Positions 1 to 10,776 of a stretch of 64,000 nt of DNA are shown here, in pieces. The DNA is from Camelus ferus (lineage: Eukaryota): the NCBI RefSeq assembly GCF_009834535.1, contig NC_045696.1, positions 60,142,001 through 60,206,000 on the forward strand, read 5' to 3'. Made by a program: the position numbers and the translations under genes. The notes beneath the pieces are model-generated. The model searched no databases and was not told where the DNA came from. It was given only the letters and a program-made list of their open reading frames with translations. The stretch's first letter is position 1. The number at the start of each line of letters is the position of its first letter.

Positions 1-510
1 CTCCTCTGCCTCTTTGGGTTCCTTAGTAGCACGTAACCCTGGTCATTGAATATTCATATGCTCACTGAATGCCTGTTCTTCCTGAAGAAAGAGCTCAGGA
101 CGGGCCCTTCAGTGGCCAGGTGTGTGCCTGGGGAACTCCTCTCTGCTCATTCCCCCCATGAGGGAAGAGACAGCCGTGAGCCACTCATTCTGCTCCTGGC
201 CCCCTGGAAGGAACATGGTTTGTAGCCAAGGGATCAAACCAAACAAACTGATGACTGGTGATGTCATGTGTGCACACTGCTGTGTCGCCAATCACAGGCA
301 GCATCTTGCTGTCCCCAGGCTACACCCTGCGCACCCAGGCATGGCTCAGTATGACATCAGAGGCTGGTCCCTCTGCAGTGAGTGCTCTTCCTGACATGTG
401 ACTCGCCACCCTAGGGCCTCAGTGCCTCACGGGGAATGCCAGAGAAGATGGGAAGATAGGCATACACACACCTGCTTCCAAAGTTCCCCTTCAGTCCACA
501 GCAAACTTAC

Positions 511-566
511 CTTATTTTAACAATTACAGTCTGTCCGTAATCAGAATTGTTAAATGCCTTTTTAAA
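511..566 (-). CDS. MUC13: Mucin-13 exon 5 (SEA domain, FKKAFNNSDYGQTVIVKI-S/R); gene continues beyond left window edge
   Basis: Acceptor cttttcctccacag, donor AG|GTAAGT, 56 nt, phase 0 to 2. Peptide resembles recalled human MUC13 FKDVFGTSVYGQTVILTVS. Confidence 0.92.
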
Positions 567-3500
567 CTGTGGAGGAAAAGAACAGATTTAATAACTACAA
601 AGAGGGGGGAAATGTGATACTGTATCTATGTTTTAGCATAAGTCCATTTCTAAACTCATTTATACAAATAATACAGCAAATTATTTATTCTTTACATACG
701 CTCTAACACCTTTCAGTAAGTTTTGCTTTGAAATAGTAAGATTCTGATATAATTCAGAGCTACCCAGGAAAAAGCAGGAAACCTAAAGCACTCAGTCTAA
801 TCAATGATCACTCTCTTAAAAATCAGCTGACTAACTTCAGTTTTGTCTTATCAAAGCCACGGTGAAGTTCTGCAAGTCTGTTACACTTACCTGTATGCAA
901 ACTTCATACACTCATCATTTATCCAGGAACACATAATTGCCTGCCTTCCCAGGGCGTCAGGCCAGGAACACGGAGATGACCAAGGTGGGCAGAACCAGCC
1001 TGAGAGCCAATGGGGGCTACACCATGAACTTGAGTGAGGGGAGCACCACAGAGAGTATGATCTACCCTGGGCGTTCAGAGAAACTCCCTCCAGGCTGCAG
1101 AGAAGCAGAGCGAGCGGCACAAAGGAGAGCAGCCTTCCAGCACTTCAGCGGGTGGTGCGGGGCCAGGGCGCGGAGCGAGCGGCAGCCCGGGCCGGCCTTC
1201 AGAGGTGGCGGGGCTCAGAGCGGAGCGGGCTCAAGTGCCACCTTTCTCCCCCTGTCAGCTTTCTTTGAACCTCGCTGTCTGACTGGGAAGTGTGAGATAG
1301 CAGTAATTTCCACCACCCAAGGCCGCAGGTGTAGACGAGGAGGGGGAGTAAAGGATCGTGGCTTTGTGCGCTGGAAGGGGCTCCAGCACAGGTAGATCTT
1401 GCTAGGCTCGAGTTGTGTCCCAGGAACAGAGACAACTCTAGAAATTTATACAGACGTGGCCAGAGGTAAAGCTGGGACTCTGGCAGGGGTGAGGGGATGG
1501 GGGTCCCAATTAGAACGTAAGTTCTTTGATGACACAAATGAGATTCATTTTCTGTTTCTTAGGACACAACCCCCCTCCCGCCTGCTCACCCCTATCCTCG
1601 TCCCACAGCGCCCAGCACCAGGCAGCCCCCAGGAAATACCCACACCAGCTGACTGATGACTGAGGGAATTAAATGTGAAAGTCATGACCTTGGACGTGTC
1701 TTCTCCTTTTTGGGCCCCAGTCTCCATGTTTATTACATGAGTGTTGAACTGGGTTGGTGCAACTGTTTTAGAATCCAAGAATTTTATTATTTTTCTCCCA
1801 CGGGGGCCCTACATTTTAAAAGATCTTGGCAACCAATGTCACTTAGAAAGATGTTAGAACATTTCTCTTTCATTCTAGTCAAATCCAAATAAATTTGATG
1901 CTCTCCTTATTCTGGGCAGCCTTATATCTGGAATATGTCAGATTCCTTTTCAATTCTTTTAAATATTAGGAAGGGCTGGTATTTCTGTAAACCATCAGGG
2001 CCCCAGGTATCTACTTGAAAAAAGTTCACTGAATGACCTCCAAGTTTCCATCATCTCCCCTACTGACCACTGCCCATTTAATTTCCTTAATCTCAAAGAA
2101 GAGATTGCAAAATTAGCATCTGCCATTGGAAAAGGGTTTCCATTTTTCCCTCTTCCAGGCCACCCTTTGAGGATTTGGGGATATGCACCTCTTCAGCGGA
2201 AGGGCTGCAAGGCTGGGCAGGAGGGCAGGAGTTATCCAAACAGGCCTGCCGGCTTCCACTGCACAGCAGAGCCAGCAGGGAAGGAGAAGCAGCTCCGTGG
2301 TCAGGCAGGTCTGGGTTCACATCCCCCCACCCCGTCCTCACTCATCAGCTGGGCGACCTTCGGCCAGTTACTCAGCCTTCCTGATCCTTGACTAGCCCAC
2401 CTCACCTGCAGAACAGTTCCACAGCACCGTCTCCCCCATGTGGCGATTTTGAGAACTAGAAATATTATGCATAAAATGCCAGGTACAGCAGCAGTAGGGA
2501 AACTTCAAAACCCTGTGCAGACTGTCCCTTTGAATCTATCTGGGGACAAAAAGGACCCTGGGAGACGTCTCAGGGCCTGAGCTGGCACTGCCCTGGCCAT
2601 AGAGTCTGCTAAGTGGACCTGGAAGAAAGTAAATGTCTCTCTTTCCCCACCTCTAGTTGTTGCAAAGGAGTTTTGGTGCTTCCCTTTCAGATTGATAGCC
2701 TCTTAGAAATTACAAGAGTGCTCTAGCCCTTCCTGCTTCCCCAGGATCATTGAGACCTGCCTGAGATCAAGTCACTGAACTAGACTCTGAAGCCCGGGGC
2801 CTAGGCCTGTAGCCAGAGGGGGTTTTGGACACTCGTACTCAGAGCAAGTTGGGAAGTGCAGTGGCCACAGTGGCCAGAGATTGGTAAAGCCACACAAGAC
2901 CATCAGGGGTTCCCTGGAAGCAGGAACACACTGGTGTTACTGTCCTCAATGTAGCACGTATCATGCAAGCGGGGATTTGGAATGTAGACCCAGGGTGAGA
3001 GGCTAAGTCCGTCCAGCTGGCCCCTGGTGCACAGGTGGTGCAGCAAAGGGGCAGGGCAAGCCCGGGGCACCCGGGCATTGCTCACAGTGCCTGGCACCGG
3101 CTGTTTGCTTGTAAGCACTCACTCTGTCTGTACCATCTGTAAATCATTTGGATAATAATTTTTCATGTTTAACAAATTCTAATAACAAAACTCTTTTGTA
3201 ATGATATAATTTCAAATTGAAAGACATTGACATAGAGTAAGATTTTAATTTTTAACATCTTACTAGAATTCTAAGATGTATTTACAAGCTAACATTTTCT
3301 TCTTCAAAACCAAACTTTGAGAAATACTGGCTGGAGGCCCTAAGACCTTCCAGATCTGACAGCAGTTGGTCCAGAATGAAGATCTCCATCTCTCCATGTT
3401 GACATTCTTACTCACAGTAATCAAAATGAAACGAAGCTATTGTTCATTTTGACATTTTTGAACATGGGAAAATGAAATAACGGATGTTAAGTCAGATGGA

Positions 3501-3942
3501 GTTCCTCTTCCAGATGTTAAAAAAGCCAGACAAGCACAGGAAAATGTGCAAATTTGATTGTAAAAAGAAAAATATCTTTAATTTTTTTTCTCTTCAAGAC
3601 TATGAAAATAATTTATTTTAAAGCATCATTACATTTATCTGTCCATTTAAAAATATTTTAATAGCCTCTGTAAGAATGAGTATGGCATGGCCGCCAGGTG
3701 TAGGGACAGGGGTGCGGGGACCAGGGCCCCAGAGGAGGAGCCGGGCAACCAGGAAGCAGTGACACCCGGGAACTGGGGACAGTTACTGTTTACCAGCCAA
3801 TAAGGGTGCATTTCTCTGTTTGAACCACTGGTACAGCCACACCCATGTGAACCACCTGAATGTCATTCTCTAGTTAGAGAGAGAATAGTCAGTGTTAGAA
3901 TAAAGAATATCTGTATGGAAAAGACAGTTGGAAAATACTTAC

Positions 3943-4049
3943 AAATTCAGTAATTTCAAAATGTAATTTTTGATAGGCCACAGAATTTTCATCTTTCAAG
4001 TCCTCTATATTTGATGTTTTGAATGTAATTGTACCAGGGAATATCTTTC
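3943..4049 (-). CDS. MUC13: Mucin-13 exon 4 (start of SEA domain, GKIFPGTITFKTSNIEDLKDENSVAYQKLHFEITEF)
   Basis: ttgaatttcag acceptor, TTT|GTAAGT donor, 107 nt, phase 1 to 0. Resembles recalled human GKVFPGKISV...AYQDLHSEITSL. Confidence 0.93.
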
Positions 4050-5240
4050 CTGAAATTCAAGCAGAATATTTCTGTGATACTTAATGTAAAAAGGGCCATT
4101 TCCATTTTGTTTAAAACATAGATTATTGTAAAAAAATTCTAAACTTATGAAGATACTACTGGAAGTATGGGAATACGAAAAACATTACCCCCTATTTCTC
4201 CCAGCTCTGTTTTTTTTCTGTGCCTGGTTTACATCGTTATAGCTCCAATATATATCATGAGTCTTCTTTACTTATTATTACATAATAAACATTTTTCCAA
4301 GATTATTACTTAGGCTTTGTAACTATCATTCTAAATGCTATATAGTATTCTATGAAATACATGTTCCCTCCATTGATTTTTTTTAGTGCTTTTAATTATT
4401 TAAAAGGGAAAAAAAGCTTGCAGTGAACGTCTTCATACACAGAGCTTTCTATTTTGGAGGTCATTTACTTAGAGTGCACCCTCAGAAATGAGATTATTAG
4501 TGCTTAAGATAGGACATCCTTCTGCGTTTTGGTATATCTCTAATCCCTGTGGCCAGTACAGTTCATTCATGTCCTATAGAGTTGGTCTGCTCTGGGAAGG
4601 AAGGGTATTTCTCATTCAGAAAACAGATCCACATTTATAAATCAGTAAACAGCTTTGGACTTTCATTAGCAGTCAGCTGGTCTAACCAAAAAAGTGTAGT
4701 GCTGATTTGCTCCTAAAGTCCGTTTCCAGAGCTGAGAAGCTCTTAAGTCTCCAAAAATAGGGTTTGGTGTTTGGAAGAAGCAAATCCTATGACAACACAG
4801 AACAGGACCAAGGTCAGAGCTGAAGTAGACCGGCTTGTCTGGCTGAGTGGTTTTAGGCATACGGCCTTATTCTGTATCAGAGGAGCCACGGAGCAGCACC
4901 ACCCTGTGTTTATGCAGCCTTTGTACTTTGTCAGGGACTTCAGCACCTCTCATTCTCATTTTGACCCCATGGCACCTTTCCTTGAACTGGTGAGGTGAAG
5001 GGACACATGCACTCCTGTACCTTCAGGACTAGCTCCCAGGTCTGACTCGGTCCATTTCCTCTCCCACTAGGTCCCAGTGAGATAAAGACAGGTGCCTCTT
5101 CTCTACTTGGTGGGGCTTTGTGGCCTCCAAATTTGCCTCTACCTTTAGAATTCTGGAGGCTCTTTTCACCATCATCTTAAGTTTTCTATTCCATTTAGGT
5201 CTGAGGTGCAGGTCTACATGGTTCATCCCTTGTCACTCAC

Positions 5241-5363
5241 CTTTACTGCATGTGGAAGAGTTATAGTATTGCCCTTCTGGACACAGGCAGAAAAATGTAT
5301 CATTCAGACTCACACACGAAGAACCACCCTTACAGGAATCCTCTTGGCAAGGGTTGGTGGGAC
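5241..5363 (-). CDS. MUC13: Mucin-13 exon 3 (EGF-like domain 1, GPTNPCQEDSCKGGSSCVSLNDTFFCLCPEGQYYNSSTCSKG)
   Basis: ctttctactccattgcag acceptor, AAG|GTGAGT donor, 123 nt, symmetric phase 1. Six-cysteine EGF pattern matches MUC13. Confidence 0.95.
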
Positions 5364-6282
5364 CTGCAATGGAGTAGAAAGAGATTAAAAATCCATAGAT
5401 TGACAACAAATAACACCCAGAAACATACTTTTAAACCTTCATGCCTCCCTCCCAGGCACTTTCTGTTCGTTAGCTGTGTTATTCCATGGTACCCTCTTAG
5501 AACAGCTAGAAACAAATACATATTTTCTTACGTCTCTAGGAAGTCTGTTGCTAAAATTCTGGAGCCAAGCGCTTGTCAACAGTAAAGGTCAGAGTTTGGT
5601 GGGTAAGAGTCTGCTCAGAGAGGGATAGCAGTCTTCTAACTGCAAGGAGTACGGAAATATGTTGGACCTCAAGGATCCTCCAGAACCTTGACGTCTGGTC
5701 CTCCAACACTAGGTAGGGCTCCCACAACCATTTTAGAGAAAGCATCATATTTTTCAGGAAGATGTGAATAGCTCAATTACAGGGAAGACCAGGCAGGACG
5801 CTCCAAAAAGAAGCTATTCTATTCTGGTTAGCATCATGGCATATAGACCCAGGAAGAAAGGAAAGGGATAGTAAGGGAACAATGTGGATTAACTCAGTGA
5901 ACATTCCAAGAGCAAGCAATGCGGGGACACTCCACCCTCTCGCTTTCGGAGTGGATGACCTGAATAAATGGTGAGAAGAATGTTACAGTGGTCTCTGCAC
6001 CACTGGCCAGGACTCCAAGACAAGGCCAGGTGCAGCATCCTTCCTATCTCTGTAGAACTGATGGGACCCGAGAAGGGAAGATAGGTCACTGGCCAAACGG
6101 TGGTCTTGGCTAGCCACTTTCTTCATCTCTGTCCACTGAAATGATTCTGAGCTTTGATTTCAGAATAGATCATGTGACTGACAACCTTCAGAGCTGTCTT
6201 AAGATTCACATGATCCTATAGGTGAAAATCACTGCTCTTAAGAAAAAGCTGTGTATAAGCTACAATGTGTACAACATGGTCT

Positions 6283-7055
6283 CTTTTCTTATTGAAGTAC
6301 AGTTGATTTACAATATTATAATTTCAAATGTACACTACAGTGATTCAGGATTTTTGTAGATTATACTACATTATAAGTTATTATAAGATAATGGCTATAA
6401 TTCCCTATGCTATATCATATATCCTAGTTGCTTATCTATTTTATAGATAGTAGTTTGCATCTGATAATCCCATACCCCTAATTTGTCCGTCTCCCTTTTG
6501 TTAACCACAAGTTTGTTTTCTATATCTGTGAGTTTGTTTTTGTTTTGTATATGCATCATTTGCATTATTTTTTAGATTCCACATATAAGTGATATCATAC
6601 AGCAGTTGTCTTTCTGTGTCTGACTTATTTCACTTAATATAATGCCCTCCAAGTCCATCGACATTGCTGCAAATGGCAGAATTTCATTCTTTTTATGGCT
6701 GAGTAATATTCCATTGTGTATGTGTATATATATAAAATATATAATGTATATGTATAATACATAATGTATCTATATCATGCATTTTATAAATATATATATG
6801 TGTGTATGTGTGTGTATATATCTCTCTCTCACATCTTTATCCAATCAGCTGTTGATGGGCACTTGGGTTGCTTCCATGTCTTGGCTGTTGTAAATAATGC
6901 AGCTATGAATATTGGGGTCCTTGCATCTTTTTGAATAAGTGTTTTTGTTTTTTCCAGCTATATACCCAGGAGGGGAATTGCTGGATCATATGGTAAAACT
7001 AAAAACAGAACAACTATATGATTCAGCAATTCCACTCCTGGGCATGTATCTAGAA
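6283..7055 (-). mobile_element. 5'-truncated L1 3' end with short inverted 5' segment (6995-7055 on +)
   Basis: Typical L1 3' UTR/ORF2-end sequence on the minus strand, then a switch to plus-strand L1 sequence at ~6995. Confidence 0.8.
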
Positions 7056-7320
7056 ATAACATGCTTTGTTTTATGATAAAGGAGGGGACTACATACAAAC
7101 ATACAAGTGTATATGTTTGTATTTGCCCAAACACAAGCAGCTGGCCACAGAAGCTGCCTCTGGGGAAAGAAACTGGGGTCCTGTATCCTAGGGGTTTAAG
7201 ATGGGAAGGAGATTTAATTTTTACTGCATATACTTTTATTCTTTTACTTTAATTAAATTTAAGCTTCTTTTCCCATAACTCTGGACCTAATGTAGTTTTA
7301 TTTTAAAATGAAAAATAAAA

Positions 7321-8145
7321 TAGTGCTGGTGAGGAACTCTTATATTGGCAGGAATGTTAAATGGTACAGCCACTTTGGAAGATAGGTTGGCAGTTTCTTA
7401 CCAAACTAGATGTACTCTTACCATGTGACCCAGCAAGTGCCGACCTTAGTACTCACCCAAGGTAAATACTAAATATTAACTTTGTATTTACCACAACTCA
7501 CATCCGCTCATAAACCTGTACACTGATAGCAGTTTTATTCAAAATCACCACAACTTGGAAGCAACCAAGATGTCCATTAGTAGGTGAGTGGATAAACAAA
7601 CTGTGGTACAGCCACACAATGGAAAATTATTCAGTGTTCAGTCTCGAAAAGACATAGCGAAATGTTAAATGCATATTATTCAGTGAAAGAAGCCAATCTG
7701 AAAAGGCCACATACTGTGTGAATCCAACTACATGACACTCTGAAAAAGGAAAAACTATGGCAACAGTAAAAAAGGCCAGTGATTGCCAGGGGTTAGCTGG
7801 AAGGGAGCGGTGAATAGGCAGAGCACAGGGGATTGTTAGGAAAGTCTTTATGAACATAGCCTTTATGAAACCATAATGATGGATACACATCTTCTACATT
7901 CATCCAAACCTATAGAATATACAACACCAGCAGTAAACCCTCATGTGAACTGGACTTGGGGCAACTATGATTTGTCAGTGCAGATTCATCAGTTGTCACA
8001 ACTGTACCCTCTGGTGAGGGATGTTAATAATGAGGGAGGCTATGCAGGCATAGGAGCAAGGAATACAGGAAATCTCTGTACCTTCCTCTCAATTCAGCTG
8101 TGAGTCTAAAACTGCTCTAAAAAGTAAAGTCTATCTAAAAAGAAT
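7321..8145 (+). mobile_element. Old L1 (L1MB/L1MC-like) 3' end
   Basis: ggtacagccactttggaa...aactgtggtaca...aaaactgctctaaaaagtaaagtcta motifs. Confidence 0.75.
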
Positions 8146-8908
8146 TTTTTTAAGAGTGAAGAAAAATCAGGCTCTATGCAACACAGGAGGCATAATGCAG
8201 TGTCTCATAAACAATGTAAGGCTCTCCCCTCCAACCAGGTGTAAATCAATATTCTAAGGAAAGTAAATAGCTTTTTAAATAAGCCTCAGCTACGCTGCAA
8301 GGATAATTTGGAAAATCCTAGGGAAGAAACTGAGTGCAGCACCCTTCTGGACACACTGGACAGACAACTCCCTGCATGCTTTCTTCCTGGCAATAAAGGA
8401 CAGACTTGTTAGCTCTTCTGTGTCTGGGAATAAAGTCACATGATGTTACAGTGTGAAAGGGATTTGGGAGGCTATTTAGTTCAATCACACCTGATTACAG
8501 ATGAGCAAGTAGAGGCCAAGAGAGAAATGATTCGCCCTGCACCCCACAATAGTGAGTGTAGGGCCAGAACACAGATTGCCTTACTCGGGGGGGTGGGGGC
8601 ATAAATGGCGTAGAAAAGCTGCTTTTCCTGATCACGGGATTTGTGTAGCTGCCTTCAGAGTGGCTCCTCCTGTCATGAAAGAAGACTGGGAATCCGGTTG
8701 TGACACATGCTCTGCCTCCATTTGCTTAATCATCCATATCTTAGATCTATCCAAGAACATTAGGGAAGCCAAAGAAGTAAGCGTAGGGAGACATCAATTG
8801 TTTTTTGACTTTGGGCAACTTGCCGCCCTCACTGGGCCTCAGTTTCCCTTTCTGAGAATAACAGTTTATCTAGACCCTTTACGCAAAGGTTTGAGGATTC
8901 TTTTAGAC

Positions 8909-9133
8909 CAGGGGCTGGCAAACTCTCACTCAGGAGCCAATAGTGGCCAGTCTTCTGTTTTTCTTCTAAAGTTTTATTGGTACACAGTCAGGCACGTTCA
9001 TTTATATATTGTCTACAGCTGCTTTGATATTAAAATGGTAGAGCTTAGTGGCTGTAACAGAGACCTCATTGTGGCCCACAAAACCTAAAATATTTACTAG
9101 TTTGCCTTCACTGATAAAACTTGCTGACCCTTG
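8909..9133. mobile_element. MER58A-like non-autonomous hAT/Charlie element
   Basis: TIRs CAGGGGCTGGCAAAC / CTTGCTGACCCTTG; imperfect 8-bp TSD ttttagac / ctctagac. Confidence 0.8.
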
Positions 9134-9786
9134 CTCTAGACCAAGTTTTGGGAAATGAGGCAAGTGGTTTCTGTTTCAGTAACTTTGGCTTGAGGTCAAT
9201 TGTCCTCTCTTAGTACCCCCAAACACCCATCCTCTGGACCATGGCTCTGCTCACGTCTAGGACGAGGACTGAGCACTGCTGTGGTTTGGCTTTTTATCCC
9301 TCAAATTCCAAATTGCGATCAGCTACTTTTGCAATGTCATATTTCTCAATAGCACTTGGTCAGGAACCGGGGTAGCACTGACTCCTTCCTTCAGGAGACC
9401 AGGGATCTAGACCAGTGGGGCTGGAGAGTCAGTGCTTATTAGGACCTGACCTTCTCAGAGAAGCTGAAACTATTTCCAAAAATCTCCTAGGAAGACAGAA
9501 GCTGGAAAAGCAGCTTTTCTGAAGTCCAAGTTCATAAAAATATTCCCCATCTGGCAAATTGCTGGAGGAAAGGAAAACAGAATAGACCTACAGGCAACCT
9601 TGTAGCATCTCTGCCATCGCTCTTAGTCTTTGTGACTGCAGACTTTTTAACTCTAGAGTTTCGTATCCAAGGAAACCTTGAGTCACTTCACAAGCACTTC
9701 CCTACTACATGAGAACACACTTACCTACCATCCATCACAGTGCTGTGACTCCTCACTGAGGAGTCTTTCCTGGAATTGCTCTTAAC

Positions 9787-10632
9787 CTGTGGGACCAGGG
9801 TTTGGGCTGTTGGTCTCTGATGAAGTGCTGCTGCCCCAAGTCACTGAAGGAACAGTCCCTATGAAATTACCTTTCGTGACAGTGGTGCCCGCAGCCCCCG
9901 TGGTGGGAGGAGGAGGGCTCGATGCCGTGGAGCCCGCAGCCCCCGTGGAGGGAGGAGGGCTCGATGCCGTGGTGCCCGCAGCCCCCGTGGAGGGAGGAGG
10001 AGGGCTCGATGCCGTGGTGCCCGCAGCCCCCGTGGTGGGAGGAGGAGGGCTCGATGCCGTGGTGCCCGCAGCCGCCGTGGTGGGAGGAGGAGGGCTCGAT
10101 GCCGTGGTGCCCGCAGCCCCCGTGGTGGGAGGAGGAGGGCTCGATGCCGTGGTGCCCGCAGCCGCCGTGGTGGGAGGAGGAGGGCTCGATGCCGTGGTGC
10201 CCGCAGCCCCCGTGGTGGGAGGAGGAGGGCTCGATGCCGTGGTGCCCGCAGCCCCCGTGGTGGGAGGAGGAGGGCTCGATGCCGTGGTGCCGGCAGCCCC
10301 CGTGGAGGGAGGAGGAGGGCTCGATGCCGTGGTGCCCGCAGCCCCCGTGGTGGGAGGAGGAGGGCTGGATGCCGTGGTGCCCGCAGCCGCCGTGGTGGGA
10401 GGAGGAGGGCTCGATGCCGTGGTGCCCGCAGCCCCCGTGGTGGGAGGAGGAGGGCTCGATGCCGTGGTGCCCGCAGCCCCCGTGGTGGGAGGAGGAGGGC
10501 TCGATGCCGTGGTGCCGGCAGCCCCCGTGGAAGAAGAAGTAGTGTTTGATATTGAATTGCCTGCAGCCCCTGTGGAAGAAGGAGGGATTGATGTGGTGAG
10601 GCTTGTAGCAATTATGGTGGGAGGTCTATTCG
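9787..10632 (-). CDS. MUC13: Mucin-13 exon 2 (PTS mucin domain with 15-aa repeat TTGAAGTTASSPPPP); 3' boundary uncertain (9787 or 9871)
   Basis: ctttgttcctccag acceptor. Phase-1 frame is open for 846 nt (ANRPPTIIATSLTT...SETNSPNPGPTG) and is T/S/P/G/A-rich. The donor ACAG|GTTAAG keeps frame with exon 3. Confidence 0.85.
9882..10531. repeat. 45-bp coding VNTR: 14 near-identical units (one of 42 bp) plus a partial unit; two degenerate units extend to ~10600
   Basis: Unit GTGGTGCCCGCAGCCCCCGTGGTGGGAGGAGGAGGGCTCGATGCC counted directly in the sequence. Confidence 0.97.
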
Positions 10633-10776
10633 CTGGAGGAACAAAGATATCAAGTTTTAGAAGAGAAAATATTGAATATATAATAGCAGCTGCTATTATT
10701 TAAAACGAATTAGTACCTAATGTATTCTTTTCTGAAAAATAAGTACCGTGTACTACATTAAAAATAAAAAATATAT

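Noticed and set aside
8552..9088. 178-aa plus-strand ORF and other 60-155 aa ORFs in introns and UTR
   Set aside because: Many have non-ATG starts or overlap repeats, and none shows a recognisable domain. Such ORFs are expected by chance.
9882..10531. Regular repeat array as a CRISPR-like or novel array system
   Set aside because: The units are contiguous with no unique spacers, there are no associated genes, and the array lies inside a mammalian coding exon.
9789..10703. 304-aa and 206-aa plus-strand ORFs with regular repeats (VVPAAPVVGGGGLDA; MPWCPQPPWWEEEGS)
   Set aside because: They are antisense shadows of the stop-free MUC13 VNTR. The spliceable, mucin-like frame is on the minus strand.
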